DNA of 64,000 nucleotides from Hyphomicrobium sp. (lineage in GTDB: Bacteria; Pseudomonadota; Alphaproteobacteria; Rhizobiales; Hyphomicrobiaceae), in assembly GCA_022841965.1 (NCBI GenBank), contig JALHQM010000003.1:50549-114548 (forward strand). The letters run 5' to 3'. Made by a program: the position numbers and the translations under genes. The notes beneath the pieces were generated by a model. The model made no database searches. It had not been told where the DNA came from and saw nothing but the letters and a program-made list of their open reading frames with translations. Of this stretch, positions 38,941 to 50,412 are shown piece by piece; the first letter of the stretch is position 1; every line of letters starts with the position of its first letter.

Positions 38941-39180
38941 GGCCAAAGCAATTGTTTATCAAATGCCAATTGTTCATAAAATACTTCAAAGACGAACACA
39001 GTAAAAAAGCTAGTAAGCATTGCAAGGTATTGAGGCGGAATTAATTCCGAACCTACACGGAGTGAACAGCTCATATTAGCCATATAAACGAGCAAAAACA
39101 GCATATTAAGCCCACGTTTTCTATAAGATTCAATTGCAACGTTATTCCCACAATGAGCTTTTCGCAATTCAAGCGGGGAT
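38941..39180. other. AT-rich non-coding island (38% GC by hand count) between trmD and the Pro-rich protein gene
   Basis: I counted 91 G+C in 240 nt. It contains the palindrome ggaattaattcc (~39037). The surrounding window is visibly above 60% GC. Confidence 0.7.
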
Positions 39181-39492
39181 CCGCTGCAATCCCCAAACCG
39201 GCGCGTCGCGAAATGGCAACAAGGTCACTTGGCCGGGCTTCATAAGCCCGCGTGCCGCGAAACAAATAAGGTCATTAACCAACTGTTAACCAACCTGATC
39301 AATCCTTTACGAAACACTAACGGGGGCGGTGGGGATGATTCGGCAGCTCTACGATCTGGAAGACCGGCTCTTCTACCGCTCGCGTGGCTGCACACCGTCC
39401 GTGCGCCGCCTCGTCGAGAACCTGTCCCGCGCCATCGGCCATATCGCCGACCGGCTGGAAGGCCAAGCGTGGCGCGGCCGGCCAACCTGACG

Positions 39493-40218
39493 TCAATCGT
39501 GCTCCGGTTTGCGGGTCAGATCGGGCCGCCTCTGCGCAGTGATGCGCTGGGCCTCCGCCCGCCGCCACGCCGCAATCGCTTGATGATCTCCCGACAACAA
39601 CACCTCGGGGATGCCGCTCCCCTCCCACTCTCGCGGCCGCGTGTATTGGGGATATTCGAGCAGCCCCCCCTCGAAACTCTCGTGCGCCAGGCTCTCAGGC
39701 GCCCCCAGCACTCCCGGCAGCAGCCGCACGCACGCATCGATCAAAACCATCGCCGCCAGCTCCCCTCCCGACAGCACGTAGTCTCCGATCGACACCTCCA
39801 TCAGCCCGCGCCCCGCGATCACACGCTCATCGACGCCCTCGAAACGTCCCGCCAATAGAACGACACCCGGCCCCGCCGATAGCGTCTTGGCCATCGCCTG
39901 ATCAAACGGCCGCCCGCGAGGTGACAGATAGATCAACGGGCTGTCGGGGTTGGCAGCACGCGCCGCATCCACGGCTGCCCCAAGTACATCTGCCCTGAGC
40001 ACCATCCCCGCACCGCCGCCCGCGGGCGTATCGTCCACCTGCCGGTGCCGCCCCAACCCAAAGTCGCGGATCTGATGCGTCGTCAGCGACCAGACGCCCG
40101 CATCCAGCGCCTGCCCAACGAGCGAAACACCCAGTGGTCCGGGAAACATGTCGGTAAACAGCGTCAAAACGTTTGCGCGCCACGCCGCCCGCCCATCGCT
40201 CGTCGGAAAGTGTGCCAT
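39493..40218 (-). CDS. trmD: tRNA (guanine37-N1)-methyltransferase
   Basis: [13 protein letters not shown]...[12 protein letters not shown]...YLSPRG...[10 protein letters not shown]...[11 protein letters not shown] are TrmD motifs. Confidence 0.9.
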   Translation of the reverse strand: MAHFPTSDGRAAWRANVLTLFTDMFPGPLGVSLVGQALDAGVWSLTTHQIRDFGLGRHRQVDDTPAGGGAGMVLRADVLGAAVDAARAANPDSPLIYLSPRGRPFDQAMAKTLSAGPGVVLLAGRFEGVDERVIAGRGLMEVSIGDYVLSGGELAAMVLIDACVRLLPGVLGAPESLAHESFEGGLLEYPQYTRPREWEGSGIPEVLLSGDHQAIAAWRRAEAQRITAQRRPDLTRKPEHD

Positions 40219-40226
40219 CTGCCGGC

Positions 40227-40514
40227 TCAGACGCCTTCCACAACTGTGATGTCGATTGTGCCGGCGCCCTGTCGGAGCGCTTTTGCCTCGGCGTATTCGG
40301 GGCTCGTCGCATAGCCGATGGCATGCGCATAGCTCGGAAACTCAAGTACGACGTTGCGCTGCACGCCATGGCCTTCGATAATTTCACATTGGCCGCCGCG
40401 CACAATCGGACGCCCCTCGAACTTATCGAGCGCGATCTTCGATTTGGCGACGTACTGGCCCCACTTTTCGGGATCGGTCACGGTGGCATGCGCAATCACA
40501 TAACCCTTCGCCAT
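40227..40514 (-). CDS. DUF1330 domain protein
   Basis: 95 aa. [22 protein letters not shown]...[20 protein letters not shown] is the typical DUF1330 pattern. The long upstream ORF extension is rejected. Confidence 0.75.
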   Translation of the reverse strand: MAKGYVIAHATVTDPEKWGQYVAKSKIALDKFEGRPIVRGGQCEIIEGHGVQRNVVLEFPSYAHAIGYATSPEYAEAKALRQGAGTIDITVVEGV

Positions 40515-40615
40515 TCGTCTTGTGTCCTTCTCATTGGCCCAAAGATCAAGAAGGCATAAGCCGCAGAACGGCGTCCCGCAAGCAACCGCCCTCTGGCGTG
40601 CTGAACGGCCAGCGA

Positions 40616-41320
40616 TTACATGGCCTGCCGGATGTGATGGTGGAACGTCAGCGCCGCCTGGACCGGGTCGTCCGCCTGGGTAATCGGCCGCCCAACGACG
40701 ATATGATTGGCCCCCGCACCAATCGCGTTCTCCGGCGTCATGACCCGCTCTTGGTCGTCCGTCGTGCCACCAGTGAGCCGGATCCCCGGTGTGACGATCA
40801 AAAAGTGTGGCCCCGTCGCGGCACGGATCGCTGCCGCTTCCTGCCCCGATGCAATGACGCCGTCGCACCCCGCTTCATAGGCAAGCCGCGCGCGATGCAG
40901 CACCAGGTCGCTCGGCGACAAGCGGCTCCCCTGTTGCTTCACATCCTCCGCCGTTAGGTTCGTCATCACGGTGACCGCAAGCAGCTTAAGCTGACTTCCG
41001 CCCCGTCCCGTCACCGCTGCCCGCAGCGTCTTAAGATCGTGACCGTGCACGGTCAGGAAATCGACACCCAGTTCGCGCGCATTGGAAACCGCCCGCTCAA
41101 CCGTATTTCCAATGTCGAGCAGCTTCATATCGAGGAACACGCGCTTGCCCCGCGCCTTCAAGCTGTCGGCGAGATCGAGACCACCGGCAAACAAAAGTTC
41201 CAACCCGACTTTATAGAACGTCACCGCGTCGTCGAGCTTAGCAACGAGTCGCTGCGCCTCCTCCACGGTCGGCATGTCGAGCGCAACGATCAGACGGTCT
41301 TTGACAGGTGTGTGTGACAT
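40616..41320 (-). CDS. pyrF: Orotidine 5'-phosphate decarboxylase
   Basis: LIVALDMPT...FYKVG...FLDMKLLDIGNTV...TVHG. Confidence 0.9.
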   Translation of the reverse strand: MSHTPVKDRLIVALDMPTVEEAQRLVAKLDDAVTFYKVGLELLFAGGLDLADSLKARGKRVFLDMKLLDIGNTVERAVSNARELGVDFLTVHGHDLKTLRAAVTGRGGSQLKLLAVTVMTNLTAEDVKQQGSRLSPSDLVLHRARLAYEAGCDGVIASGQEAAAIRAATGPHFLIVTPGIRLTGGTTDDQERVMTPENAIGAGANHIVVGRPITQADDPVQAALTFHHHIRQAM

Positions 41321-41411
41321 AGCGGGGATCCGGCATCCGGACCACGCGGGTCCGGAACGTAGTTGTGATCGTCAGTCCGGTTGCCGTCTGCCGGCTGCCG
41401 GATGGCGTTCA

Positions 41412-42008
41412 TTATCCATGCAGCACGTGTGCGGCGCGGGCAAGCTTTTGAATAAGCGCCTTGAACTGCTCTTGCGAGTCCTTGTTCTTTAAGTGCCCGT
41501 GGTCGTCGTATGCGTCCATGGCACGCGGCACCGCAAACTGCTCCGGTAGGACCAGCGCACTGAGCCCCAACTCCAAAACCGTCCGCACGGTATTCAGTCC
41601 GCGCAATCCACCCATGCCACCCGGTGAGGACGATCCAAGCGCGAACACACGTGTCTTGAACACGGCCAGCGGCTCTTCCCCGTCATTGCGAATGCGGCTC
41701 AACCAGTCGAGCGTGTTTTTCAAAAGCGGCGTGATCGACGCATTGTATTCCGGACACGCGATAAAGATGCCCGTGTGCACGCGCATCAGCGCCTCGAACT
41801 TGCGCGCGTTATCCGGAATACCGTCGCTATTCTGCAAGTCCGCATCGTAGAGCGGCAAAGGATAGTCTCCCAGATCCGCAAACGTAGCAGCGATACCGTT
41901 CGCCTCGGCGATCGTCGCCCCGAGCTTGGCGAGGCGCATGTTGTGCGAGCCAGTCCGTGCCGATCCGGCGAAGAAAAGAAGGCGAGGGGCGTTCGATGTC
42001 GTGGACAT
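41412..42008 (-). CDS. NADPH-dependent FMN reductase family protein
   Basis: 198 aa. LLFFAGSARTGSHN...PEYNASITPLLKN flavodoxin-like motif. Confidence 0.8.
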   Translation of the reverse strand: MSTTSNAPRLLFFAGSARTGSHNMRLAKLGATIAEANGIAATFADLGDYPLPLYDADLQNSDGIPDNARKFEALMRVHTGIFIACPEYNASITPLLKNTLDWLSRIRNDGEEPLAVFKTRVFALGSSSPGGMGGLRGLNTVRTVLELGLSALVLPEQFAVPRAMDAYDDHGHLKNKDSQEQFKALIQKLARAAHVLHG

Positions 42009-42105
42009 GGGCTCATCCCGGCTTGGAGCGGTGAATACTCAATCAATTGATAGTCCAACGGCAAGAGGCATAACGTGTCTGCGCAATGTCCAGCGGCGCC
42101 CGTGC

Positions 42106-43272
42106 TCAAGTCTCGCCGCCAAAGAGATCCTTGATACGCGCAAAGAACCCGGTGCTCGCCGGGCTTGTCTCTTTCGCGCTGAGTTTATCGAACTCCTCCA
42201 GCAACTCGCGCTGCCGCCGGGTCAAATTCTTCGGCGTCTCGACATCCACCTGAATATACAGATCGCCCGTCGTCGTTGATCTCAGGATCGGCATACCCTT
42301 ACTCTTCAGGCGAAACTGTTTGCCCGTCTCAGTCCCTTCGGGAACCTTGACGCGGCTCGTGGTTCCGTCGAGGGTCGGCACGTCAATCTGCCCGCCGAGC
42401 GCAGCAGTCGTCATCGAGATGGGAACGCGGCAAAAGACATCCGCTCCGTCGCGCTGGAACAGCTCGTGCGGCTTGATCGACAGGAAAATGTAAAGATCGC
42501 CGGCCGCTCCCCCGCGCAGCCCCGCTTCACCCTCGCCGCTGAGGCGAATGCGCGTCCCGTCCTCCACGCCCGGAGGAATGTTCACCGACAATGTCCGCTC
42601 TTTGACCACGCGCCCCGCGCCGTTGCAGGCAGTGCACGGGTCGGCAATCGTTTCACCGCGTCCTTGGCAGGTCGGGCATGTCCGCTCGATGGTAAAAAAG
42701 CCCTGGCTCGCGCGCACCTTTCCGGCACCGCCGCACGTGCCACACGTGACGGGTTTCGTGCCGGCTTTCGCCCCTGTGCCCGAGCACGTCTCGCACCCCA
42801 CATTGGTCGGAACGCGAATTTGCGCGGTCTTTCCGGAGTAGGCGTCGTCGAGGGTGATCTCCATATTGTAGCGTAGATCCGCCCCGCGCTCGCGCCCGGG
42901 TTGGCGCGCATTGCCACCGCCTCCGCCGCGGCGCCCACCCATGAACTCGCCGAAGAGATCGTCGAAGATATCAGACATCGACGACGCGAAATCCGGACCG
43001 AATCCAGGGCCGCCTCCGCCACCACCGCCGCGTCCGCCCATGCCGCCATCAAACGCCGCATGTCCAAACCGGTCGTAGGCCGCGCGCTTCTGCGTGTCCT
43101 TGAGAACCTCGTAGGCTTCGTTGAGTTCTTTAAACTTCTGCTCGGCGTCTTTGTCGCCGGGATTGCGGTCGGGATGGTGATCCTTGGCGAGCTTGCGAAA
43201 AGCGGATTTCAGATCCTGTTCGCCAGCATTTCGCGGCACCCCGAGAATTTCATAATAGTCGCGCTTGGCCAT
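42106..43272 (-). CDS. dnaJ: Molecular chaperone DnaJ
   Basis: J domain with HPD, a G/F-rich region and four CxxCxGxG repeats. Confidence 0.95.
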   Translation of the reverse strand: MAKRDYYEILGVPRNAGEQDLKSAFRKLAKDHHPDRNPGDKDAEQKFKELNEAYEVLKDTQKRAAYDRFGHAAFDGGMGGRGGGGGGGPGFGPDFASSMSDIFDDLFGEFMGGRRGGGGGNARQPGRERGADLRYNMEITLDDAYSGKTAQIRVPTNVGCETCSGTGAKAGTKPVTCGTCGGAGKVRASQGFFTIERTCPTCQGRGETIADPCTACNGAGRVVKERTLSVNIPPGVEDGTRIRLSGEGEAGLRGGAAGDLYIFLSIKPHELFQRDGADVFCRVPISMTTAALGGQIDVPTLDGTTSRVKVPEGTETGKQFRLKSKGMPILRSTTTGDLYIQVDVETPKNLTRRQRELLEEFDKLSAKETSPASTGFFARIKDLFGGET

Positions 43273-43445
43273 GGGGGCGTTCTATCCGAGGCGAAAATGG
43301 GCTGGCACCGTTTTGACTGCGGGCATCGCATCCAGCGGAGCATAAAGTCAGAAGGGAGGTTGCCGTCCCAACGCCGCAAAGGCGCAGAAGCGGGCCGGAC
43401 CTGAAACTGCCCCGTCGCGATGTGCGGCGGGGCAAAACATCAGGT

Positions 43446-45374
43446 TCAGCCGGCCTTCTTCTTGTCATCCTTGACCTCTTCGAAGTCGGCATCGACGACA
43501 TTTTCATCTTCCGGCTCGCGGTCCTCCGACGAACCTTCGCTCGCGTCCCCGGTGCCGGCACCGGCGGACGCCGAGTAGATCGCCTCGCCGATTTTCATGG
43601 CCACCTGGGCCAGGGCGTTGGTCGCGGTCTTGATCTTCTCTGCGTCCTCGGAGCCAAGCGTCTCTTTCACAGCTGCAATAGCTGTCTCGACATCGCCCTT
43701 CACGGCCGCAACACCAGCGTTCGAACCATTTTCGACAAGCTGCTTCTCGGTCGCATGCACGAGCGCTTCGGCTTGGTTCTTCGCCTCGACGAGTTCACGC
43801 TTCTTCTTATCGTCCGAAGCATGTGCCTCAGCGTCTTTCACCATCCGCTCGACCTCGGCCTCCGACAGACCGCCCGATGCCTGAATGCGCACCGACTGCT
43901 CCTTACTCGTGGCCTTGTCCTTGGCCGAGACATGCACGATGCCGTTGGCGTCGATGTCGAACGTCACCTCGACCTGTGGCACGCCACGCGGTGCCGGCGG
44001 CAGGCCGACAAGGTCGAACTGACCCAGCAGCTTGTTGTCCGCCGCCATTTCGCGCTCGCCCTGGCTGACGCGGATGGTCACAGCCGTCTGTCCGTCTTCC
44101 GCCGTCGAGAACACTTGGCTCTTCTTCGTCGGGATCGTCGTGTTGCGGTCGATCAGGCGGGTGAACACGCCGCCCAGCGTTTCGATACCCAGTGACAGCG
44201 GTGTCACATCGAGCAGCAGGACGTCTTTGACTTCGCCCTTGAGCACGCCAGCCTGGATCGCGGCACCAACGGCCACAACTTCGTCCGGGTTCACACCCTT
44301 ATGCGGCTCCTTGCCAAAGATTTCTTTGACAGTCTGCTGCACTCTCGGCATGCGCGTCATGCCGCCGACGAGAACGACCTCGTCGATCTCGGCAGCTTTC
44401 AGGCCAGCATCCTTGATCGCCTGCAGGCACGGGCCCTTCGTCTTTGCGATCAGATCTTCGACAAGGCTTTCCAATTTGGCGCGCGTGAGCTTCATCGTCA
44501 GATGCTTCGGACCCGATGCATCGGCCGTGATGAAGGGCAAATTGATTTCCGTCTGCGACGACGACGACAGCTCGATCTTCGCCTTTTCAGCCGCTTCCTT
44601 CAGGCGCTGCAAGGCGAGCTTATCGCCACGCAGGTCGATGCCGTTAGACTTCTTGAACTCGTCCGCCAGATACGAAACGAGCTTCATGTCGAAGTCTTCG
44701 CCGCCCAGGAACGTGTCGCCGTTCGTCGACTTCACTTCGAAGACGCCGTCGCCGATCTCCAGAACCGAAATGTCGAATGTACCGCCGCCGAGGTCATAGA
44801 CCGCGATCGTCCGGGCTTCTTTCTTTTTGTCGAGACCGTAGGCGAGTGCGGCCGCCGTAGGTTCGTTGATGATGCGAAGAACTTCCAGGCCAGCGATGCG
44901 GCCGGCATCCTTGGTCGCCTGACGCTGCGCGTCGTTAAAGTAGGCCGGAACCGTGATTACGGCCTGCGTGACGGTCTCGCCGAGCTTGGCTTCCGCCGTT
45001 TCCTTCATTTTCTGCAGGATGAACGCAGAGATCTGCTGCGGCGAGTACGATTTGCCGTCGATTTCGACCCACGCGTCGCCGTTCTGCCCCTGCACGATCT
45101 TATAGGGAACGAGCTTCTTATCCTTCTCGACCATCGGGTCGTCGAAGCGGCGGCCGATCAGTCGCTTGATCGCAAACAGCGTCCCGGTCGGGTTGGTGAC
45201 GCCCTGCCGCTTGGCGGGCAGCCCCACCAAACGCTCGCCGTCGTCCGTGAAGGCGACGATGGACGGGGTCGTGTTGGCGCCCTCGGCGTTCTCCAGAACG
45301 CGCGGCTTGCCACCCTCCATGACCGCCACACACGAGTTCGTGGTGCCGAGGTCGATGCCAATCACTTTAGCCAT
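43446..45374 (-). CDS. dnaK: Molecular chaperone DnaK (Hsp70)
   Basis: [18 protein letters not shown]... with full-length Hsp70 similarity. 642 aa. Confidence 0.97.
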   Translation of the reverse strand: MAKVIGIDLGTTNSCVAVMEGGKPRVLENAEGANTTPSIVAFTDDGERLVGLPAKRQGVTNPTGTLFAIKRLIGRRFDDPMVEKDKKLVPYKIVQGQNGDAWVEIDGKSYSPQQISAFILQKMKETAEAKLGETVTQAVITVPAYFNDAQRQATKDAGRIAGLEVLRIINEPTAAALAYGLDKKKEARTIAVYDLGGGTFDISVLEIGDGVFEVKSTNGDTFLGGEDFDMKLVSYLADEFKKSNGIDLRGDKLALQRLKEAAEKAKIELSSSSQTEINLPFITADASGPKHLTMKLTRAKLESLVEDLIAKTKGPCLQAIKDAGLKAAEIDEVVLVGGMTRMPRVQQTVKEIFGKEPHKGVNPDEVVAVGAAIQAGVLKGEVKDVLLLDVTPLSLGIETLGGVFTRLIDRNTTIPTKKSQVFSTAEDGQTAVTIRVSQGEREMAADNKLLGQFDLVGLPPAPRGVPQVEVTFDIDANGIVHVSAKDKATSKEQSVRIQASGGLSEAEVERMVKDAEAHASDDKKKRELVEAKNQAEALVHATEKQLVENGSNAGVAAVKGDVETAIAAVKETLGSEDAEKIKTATNALAQVAMKIGEAIYSASAGAGTGDASEGSSEDREPEDENVVDADFEEVKDDKKKAG

Positions 45375-45506
45375 GGTGAACTTCCTCTTTCATTGTGGCG
45401 AACCGCTTCGGACCCGTGTCATGGCATCCGGCGCCGCCCCGCGCCCGTTCAAGTGGGCCGGAGCCGCTGCGGTCCCCAGGGAGTTAATGAGACGTCGTGG
45501 TCACGT

Positions 45507-45534
45507 ATATAGGGCGCTTTTCAAGGGGTGCAAC
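45507..45534 (-). promoter_or_regulatory. Possible sigma32-type heat-shock promoter upstream of dnaK
   Basis: The minus strand reads GTTG-N17-CCTATAT (one mismatch to the alphaproteobacterial CTTG-N17-CCTATNT consensus as I recall it). It lies ~130 nt upstream of the dnaK ATG. Confidence 0.3.
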
Positions 45535-45603
45535 GGCACTCGATCACGCCGTCGTGTCTAAAATCTGCCGCGGCCAGGATGCCGCAGACCGGGAAGCCAA
45601 TAG

Positions 45604-46284
45604 ATGCCGCCTTCACAAAAAAAGAAACCCACCGCAGAGACTTCACCTGTTGAGGGTGCCCCTGCGGCAGTCCGGTTGCCGGATGGGTTTCAGCTCATCC
45701 CCGGCGCTTTGTCCGCAATTGAACAAGAAACCCTCCTGGCCGATATCCACGACATCATGCGCCGGGCCCCCCTATTCCAGCCGCGCATGCCCCGAACCGG
45801 CCAGCCCTTCTCGGTTAAAATGACCAACTGCGGCCCCCTCGGCTGGGTTTCCGATAAGGACCACGGTTACCGCTACCAGCCGACCCACCTCGACACGGGC
45901 GTGCCCTGGCCACCTATACCTCAGAAATTGCTAGATCTTTGGCGAACCCATGCTGCCGTTGAAGGCATCCCGGAAGCTTGCCTGATCAACCATTACCCCG
46001 CCGGGGCCAAAATGGGCTCCCACCGCGACCAGGATGAACATGAACCCCGCGCTCCTGTCCTTTCCGTCTCCCTCGGCGATGACGCCGTCTTCCACGTCGG
46101 CGGCCCCAAACGCTCCGGCCCCAAGGTCCGCGTCACGCTCCGCTCCGGCGACGTCTGCCTCCTCGCCGGTCCGTCACGCTTCGCCTACCACGGGATCGAT
46201 CGCATCCTGCCCGGCACCTCAAATCTCATCCCCGGCGGCGGCCGCATCAATCTCACTCTGCGCCGCGTAACGCCTTTCGATTGA
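45604..46284 (+). CDS. alkB: Alpha-ketoglutarate/Fe(II)-dependent dioxygenase AlkB
   Basis: INHYPAGAKMGSHRDQDE (HxD), ...YHGI... and RINLTLRRV are AlkB motifs. Confidence 0.85.
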   Translation: MPPSQKKKPTAETSPVEGAPAAVRLPDGFQLIPGALSAIEQETLLADIHDIMRRAPLFQPRMPRTGQPFSVKMTNCGPLGWVSDKDHGYRYQPTHLDTGVPWPPIPQKLLDLWRTHAAVEGIPEACLINHYPAGAKMGSHRDQDEHEPRAPVLSVSLGDDAVFHVGGPKRSGPKVRVTLRSGDVCLLAGPSRFAYHGIDRILPGTSNLIPGGGRINLTLRRVTPFD

Positions 46285-47146
46285 GCCACGGCCATACCTG
46301 CACCAGCAGCACCGCCGCGATCATCAAACCGGCTCCCAGCCAGGAGATCGCGCTTAAACGCTCGCCAAGCATCAGCGCCCCCGCCGACGCCGCAAACAGG
46401 CTCTCCGCCGACAGGATCACCGCCGCCTCCGGGGGCGTCGTATGGCGAATCGCGATTGTGAAAATCGTATAGGTCAGCGCCGTCGACACCAGCCCGACAA
46501 ATAGGATCGGCACCGCCGCTGACCTGAGCCCGTCCAGCGTCGGGCTTTCGACCGCAATCGCCGCAACCGCCGCCACTGACCCCACCACGGCAAACTGCAA
46601 CGCCGTATAGGTGAGCGGCCGCTGGTAGTGGCTGGCGCGTCCGGTGATTACGCAATGCGTCGCCCAGAACACCGCGCTTCCCATCACCAAGAACTCGCCC
46701 GGCCCCGACCCGCCGATGGTCCCACCGCCAAGCAGCCACGTACCCGCAAACGACAACCCGATCGCCGGCCACACGATCCGCGGCGGCACGACCCTCGACC
46801 AAACCCACGCCACCAGCGGTGTCAACACGACGTAAAGCGACGTCAAAAATCCAGTATTCGTAACCGACGCTGTCTTCAGCCCTTCCTGCTGCAGAAATGC
46901 TGCCGCGAGAAACGCAAATCCACACACAACCGAAATTGGCCCCAGACCCGGCGGCAACGCCCGCGCACCGCTTTTGCGATGCTCGAAGAAAGCCAGCGGC
47001 GCCAGCACCAGAACCGCGAGGAGGGATCGCCCCGCGATAAATGTCCACGGACCGATTGAGGTCATCGCATCCTTCTGAAAGTAGAAGGCCACGCCCCACA
47101 GCGCTGCAGCAAACAAGAGCAAAAAATCGGCCTGTATGCGTGTCAT
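46253..47146 (-). CDS. DMT-superfamily (EamA) transporter
   Basis: Ten hydrophobic helices in two EamA repeats. The start is ATG 47146 or GTG 47167. Its 3' end overlaps the alkB 3' end by 32 nt in convergent orientation. Confidence 0.8.
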   Translation of the reverse strand: MTRIQADFLLLFAAALWGVAFYFQKDAMTSIGPWTFIAGRSLLAVLVLAPLAFFEHRKSGARALPPGLGPISVVCGFAFLAAAFLQQEGLKTASVTNTGFLTSLYVVLTPLVAWVWSRVVPPRIVWPAIGLSFAGTWLLGGGTIGGSGPGEFLVMGSAVFWATHCVITGRASHYQRPLTYTALQFAVVGSVAAVAAIAVESPTLDGLRSAAVPILFVGLVSTALTYTIFTIAIRHTTPPEAAVILSAESLFAASAGALMLGERLSAISWLGAGLMIAAVLLVQVWPWLNRKALRGAE

Positions 47147-47177
47147 GCGGCCTTGTAACAGAGGCACTGCGCGTGCG

Positions 47178-47825
47178 TCACTCGCTGTTCGAGGGATCCT
47201 CAGCCGCCTGCTCTGGCGGTACCTCCGTCTTCCCCGGCTTCGGCCCGCCCTTGGCCGTCACGACCACCGCCGGCCGGATCAGCCGCTCGTCGATCACGTA
47301 GCCCGCCTGCCAAACTTGCAGGATGGTCCCGTGCGGCACATCGGGCTTCTCCACCTGCTGCATCGCCTGATGCAGATGCGGATTGAGCACTTCGCCTTCC
47401 GGCCAGATGCGCGTTACGCCGTGCCGCTCGAGCACGCTCTTCAATTGCCCGTCGATCATGCCGACGCCTTCCACGAGGCTCTGCAAAGCGGGATCGGCTT
47501 CAGCGGCCCCCGCCGGCACCGCCTGCATCGCGCGCTCGAAGTTGTCCGCCACACCGATAATGTCGACGGCGAGTTTAGAGATGGCGAATTTTGCCGTCTC
47601 GGCTTTCTCCCGATCCGTGCGCTTGCGCAGGTTGTCCATGTCGGCAACGAGACGCAACCTATCGGCTTTCGCCTTTGCGAGATCGTCGTTGGCCTTCGCC
47701 AAATCATCCTGGAGTGCGCCGATGATGGCCTTGATTTGTTCGGCACCTAACTCGGCGGCCGTCGCGTTGGCGTCTGGCGTGAGCTCAGCGGCGTTCGGGT
47801 CGGGCGTCGTATTCGGATCGGACAT
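47178..47825 (-). CDS. grpE: Nucleotide exchange factor GrpE
   Basis: Coiled-coil N-terminus plus a C-terminal GrpE beta domain (...GYVIDERLIRPAVV). Confidence 0.9.
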   Translation of the reverse strand: MSDPNTTPDPNAAELTPDANATAAELGAEQIKAIIGALQDDLAKANDDLAKAKADRLRLVADMDNLRKRTDREKAETAKFAISKLAVDIIGVADNFERAMQAVPAGAAEADPALQSLVEGVGMIDGQLKSVLERHGVTRIWPEGEVLNPHLHQAMQQVEKPDVPHGTILQVWQAGYVIDERLIRPAVVVTAKGGPKPGKTEVPPEQAAEDPSNSE

Positions 47826-47898
47826 AGGGGGCTCGATCGCTCTCTATCAATTGGGTTTTACGAGGTTAGGCGGGGTATCGGCTGTCGGACTAAAAAAA

Positions 47899-48945
47899 TC
47901 AAGAGATGAGGCGCGATATGATCTTAGCGGTGTAATCGACCATGGGAATGATACGCGCATAGTTGAGGCGTGTCGGCCCGATGACACCCAGCACACCGAC
48001 GACCTTGTGCGAATGGTTATGAAATGGCGCCACGATCAGCGAAGATCCCGACATCGAGAACAGCTTGTTCTCAGACCCGATGAAGATGCGCACGCCCTCG
48101 CCGCCTTCCGCCAGCCCGAGGATCTGTGACAATTCCTTCTTGGATTCCAGATCGTCGAAAAGTTGCCGGATGCGTTCCAGGTCTTCGATCGCCGTCAGAT
48201 CTTTCAAGAGGTTCGATTGCCCGCGCACGATCAGGCTCTGCCGGTCGTCGAGCGTACCCGACCATTCGGCCAGCCCAGCGGTCACCACCTTTTGCGTCAG
48301 CCCGTCGAGTTCCGCCCGGGCGTTAGCCAGTTCCGTTTCGATCCGGTGCCGCGCTTCACCAATCGTCAGCCCGCGAATGTGCGCGTTGAGATAATTCGCC
48401 GCCTCAATCAAAGCTGTCGGCGAAACCCCCGCCGGCAAATCGACAATGCGGTTCTCGACATCGCCGTCTTCGCTGACAAGAATCGCCAGCGCCTTCGTCG
48501 GTTCCAGCGGCACGAACTCGACCTGCTTCAACCGCGCGACCTGCTTTTCCGCCAGCACAACACCGGCGCAATGCGACAGGCCGGAAATCATGTCCCCCGC
48601 TTCGCCCAGAACCTTGTCGAGCGATGTCGAGCGGCTGGCCGCGATTTGCGCCTCGATCTGCTTACGCTCATCTTCCGTTAGGCCGCCCGTTTCGAGTAAC
48701 CCATCGACGAACATCCGTAGGCCCGTCTGCGTCGGCAGCCGCCCCGCCGACGTGTGCGGCGCATAGATGAGCCCCAATTCCTCGAGGTCCGCCATCACGT
48801 TGCGAATCGACGCTGGCGACAGGTGGAGCGGCAAAACGCGCGATAAGTTGCGCGACCCCATGGGATCGCCCGTGGAGAGATAGCTCTCCACGATTTGACG
48901 CAAAATGGCGCGGGAGCGGTCGTTCAGCTTGACGATTTCGGACAT
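47899..48945 (-). CDS. hrcA: Heat-inducible transcription repressor HrcA
   Basis: [29 protein letters not shown]... is the HrcA winged-helix N-terminus. 348 aa, upstream of grpE. Confidence 0.9.
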   Translation of the reverse strand: MSEIVKLNDRSRAILRQIVESYLSTGDPMGSRNLSRVLPLHLSPASIRNVMADLEELGLIYAPHTSAGRLPTQTGLRMFVDGLLETGGLTEDERKQIEAQIAASRSTSLDKVLGEAGDMISGLSHCAGVVLAEKQVARLKQVEFVPLEPTKALAILVSEDGDVENRIVDLPAGVSPTALIEAANYLNAHIRGLTIGEARHRIETELANARAELDGLTQKVVTAGLAEWSGTLDDRQSLIVRGQSNLLKDLTAIEDLERIRQLFDDLESKKELSQILGLAEGGEGVRIFIGSENKLFSMSGSSLIVAPFHNHSHKVVGVLGVIGPTRLNYARIIPMVDYTAKIISRLIS

Positions 48946-48997
48946 CGGCTCTCAGTGCGTGGGGCCCAGGGACGGCAGCCGCCATCTTATGTCACGA

Positions 48998-49026
48998 ATG
49001 TAGGGACGGCGGGGGAGTTCCGTCAA
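48998..49026 (-). promoter_or_regulatory. Possible sigma70-like promoter for hrcA-grpE
   Basis: The minus strand reads TTGACG (49026-49021), a 17-nt spacer, then CTACAT (49003-48998). This rests on sequence pattern only. Confidence 0.25.
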
Positions 49027-49027
49027 A

Positions 49028-49081
49028 CCTCACCCTTACCCTCTCCCCATCAAAGTCGATGGGGAGAGGGTAAGGGTGAGG
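49028..49081. repeat. Perfect 24-bp inverted repeat with a 6-nt loop (REP-like palindromic element)
   Basis: CCTCACCCTTACCCTCTCCCCATC-aaagtc-GATGGGGAGAGGGTAAGGGTGAGG, verified base by base. It lies in the divergent hrcA/rph intergenic region. Confidence 0.85.
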
Positions 49082-49254
49082 GGCAGCATCCGCACAAGTC
49101 CACGCGATGGCCCGTCGTCCCCGTCAGTGCCCCGAAAGGCAGTGAGAGGGGACAACCGGCCAGGCTTGCAGCCCCAAACCGTCCACGGTTGCGCCCGCCA
49201 AGCCCCCGGACTAGGGTCGCGCCGAAATCCACAAATCAAAGGCAAACACCCTCC

Positions 49255-49968
<714 letters not shown>

Positions 49969-49977
49969 GAGCCTGCA

Positions 49978-50412
49978 ATGACGATCGCACTTGGCCCCTT
50001 CGCGCTCGCCGTCGCGGCTGTTTTCTTTGGAGCGGCATTCTACATCAATGTCGCGGAGCAACCCGCACGTCTGATGCTGGACGATCGCGCCCTTCTGGCA
50101 GAGTGGAAGCCCAGCTACGCGCGCGGTTTTGCCATGCAGGCCACTCTGGCCGTCCTTGGCTTCGCACTCGGCACCGCCGAATGGTGGCGGACCGGCGAAA
50201 TATTGTGGCTCGTGGGCGCTGTGGTTCTCGTAATCAATTGGCCTTACACGCTTCTGGGCATCATGCCGACCAACCACGCCCTCAACGCAATTCCGATCAA
50301 CGAGGCCGGCCCCCATGCGCGGGCCCTCATCGTGAAATGGGGCGGGCTCCACGCAGTCCGAACTGCCCTTGGCGGCATCTCGATGGCTATATTTCTTTGG
50401 GCATTGATGTGA
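49978..50412 (+). CDS. DUF1772 (anthrone-oxygenase-like) membrane protein
   Basis: 144 aa with four TM helices and the pattern ...[12 protein letters not shown]...W...P.N..L. Confidence 0.7.
   Translation: MTIALGPFALAVAAVFFGAAFYINVAEQPARLMLDDRALLAEWKPSYARGFAMQATLAVLGFALGTAEWWRTGEILWLVGAVVLVINWPYTLLGIMPTNHALNAIPINEAGPHARALIVKWGGLHAVRTALGGISMAIFLWALM

Noticed and set aside
38697-39167. 156-aa minus-strand ORF starting in the AT-rich island
   Set aside because: It runs out of frame into the N-terminus of the better-supported Pro-rich protein gene, and its downstream half is Arg-rich nonsense. A short hydrophobic peptide from its first ~60 codons cannot be excluded, but nothing supports it.
46253-46284. 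32-nt convergent overlap of the alkB and DMT transporter 3' ends, and the 4-nt overlap at 22952-22955, as possible antisense regulation
   Set aside because: Short convergent overlaps are common in compact high-GC genomes. No associated structure or motif was seen.
48946-49254. CIRCE operator (TTAGCACTC-N9-GAGTGCTAA) expected near hrcA, and also checked upstream of dnaK
   Set aside because: I could not find a match by eye. In alphaproteobacteria CIRCE is typically upstream of groESL, which is not in this window. The 24-bp inverted repeat present here has an unrelated sequence.
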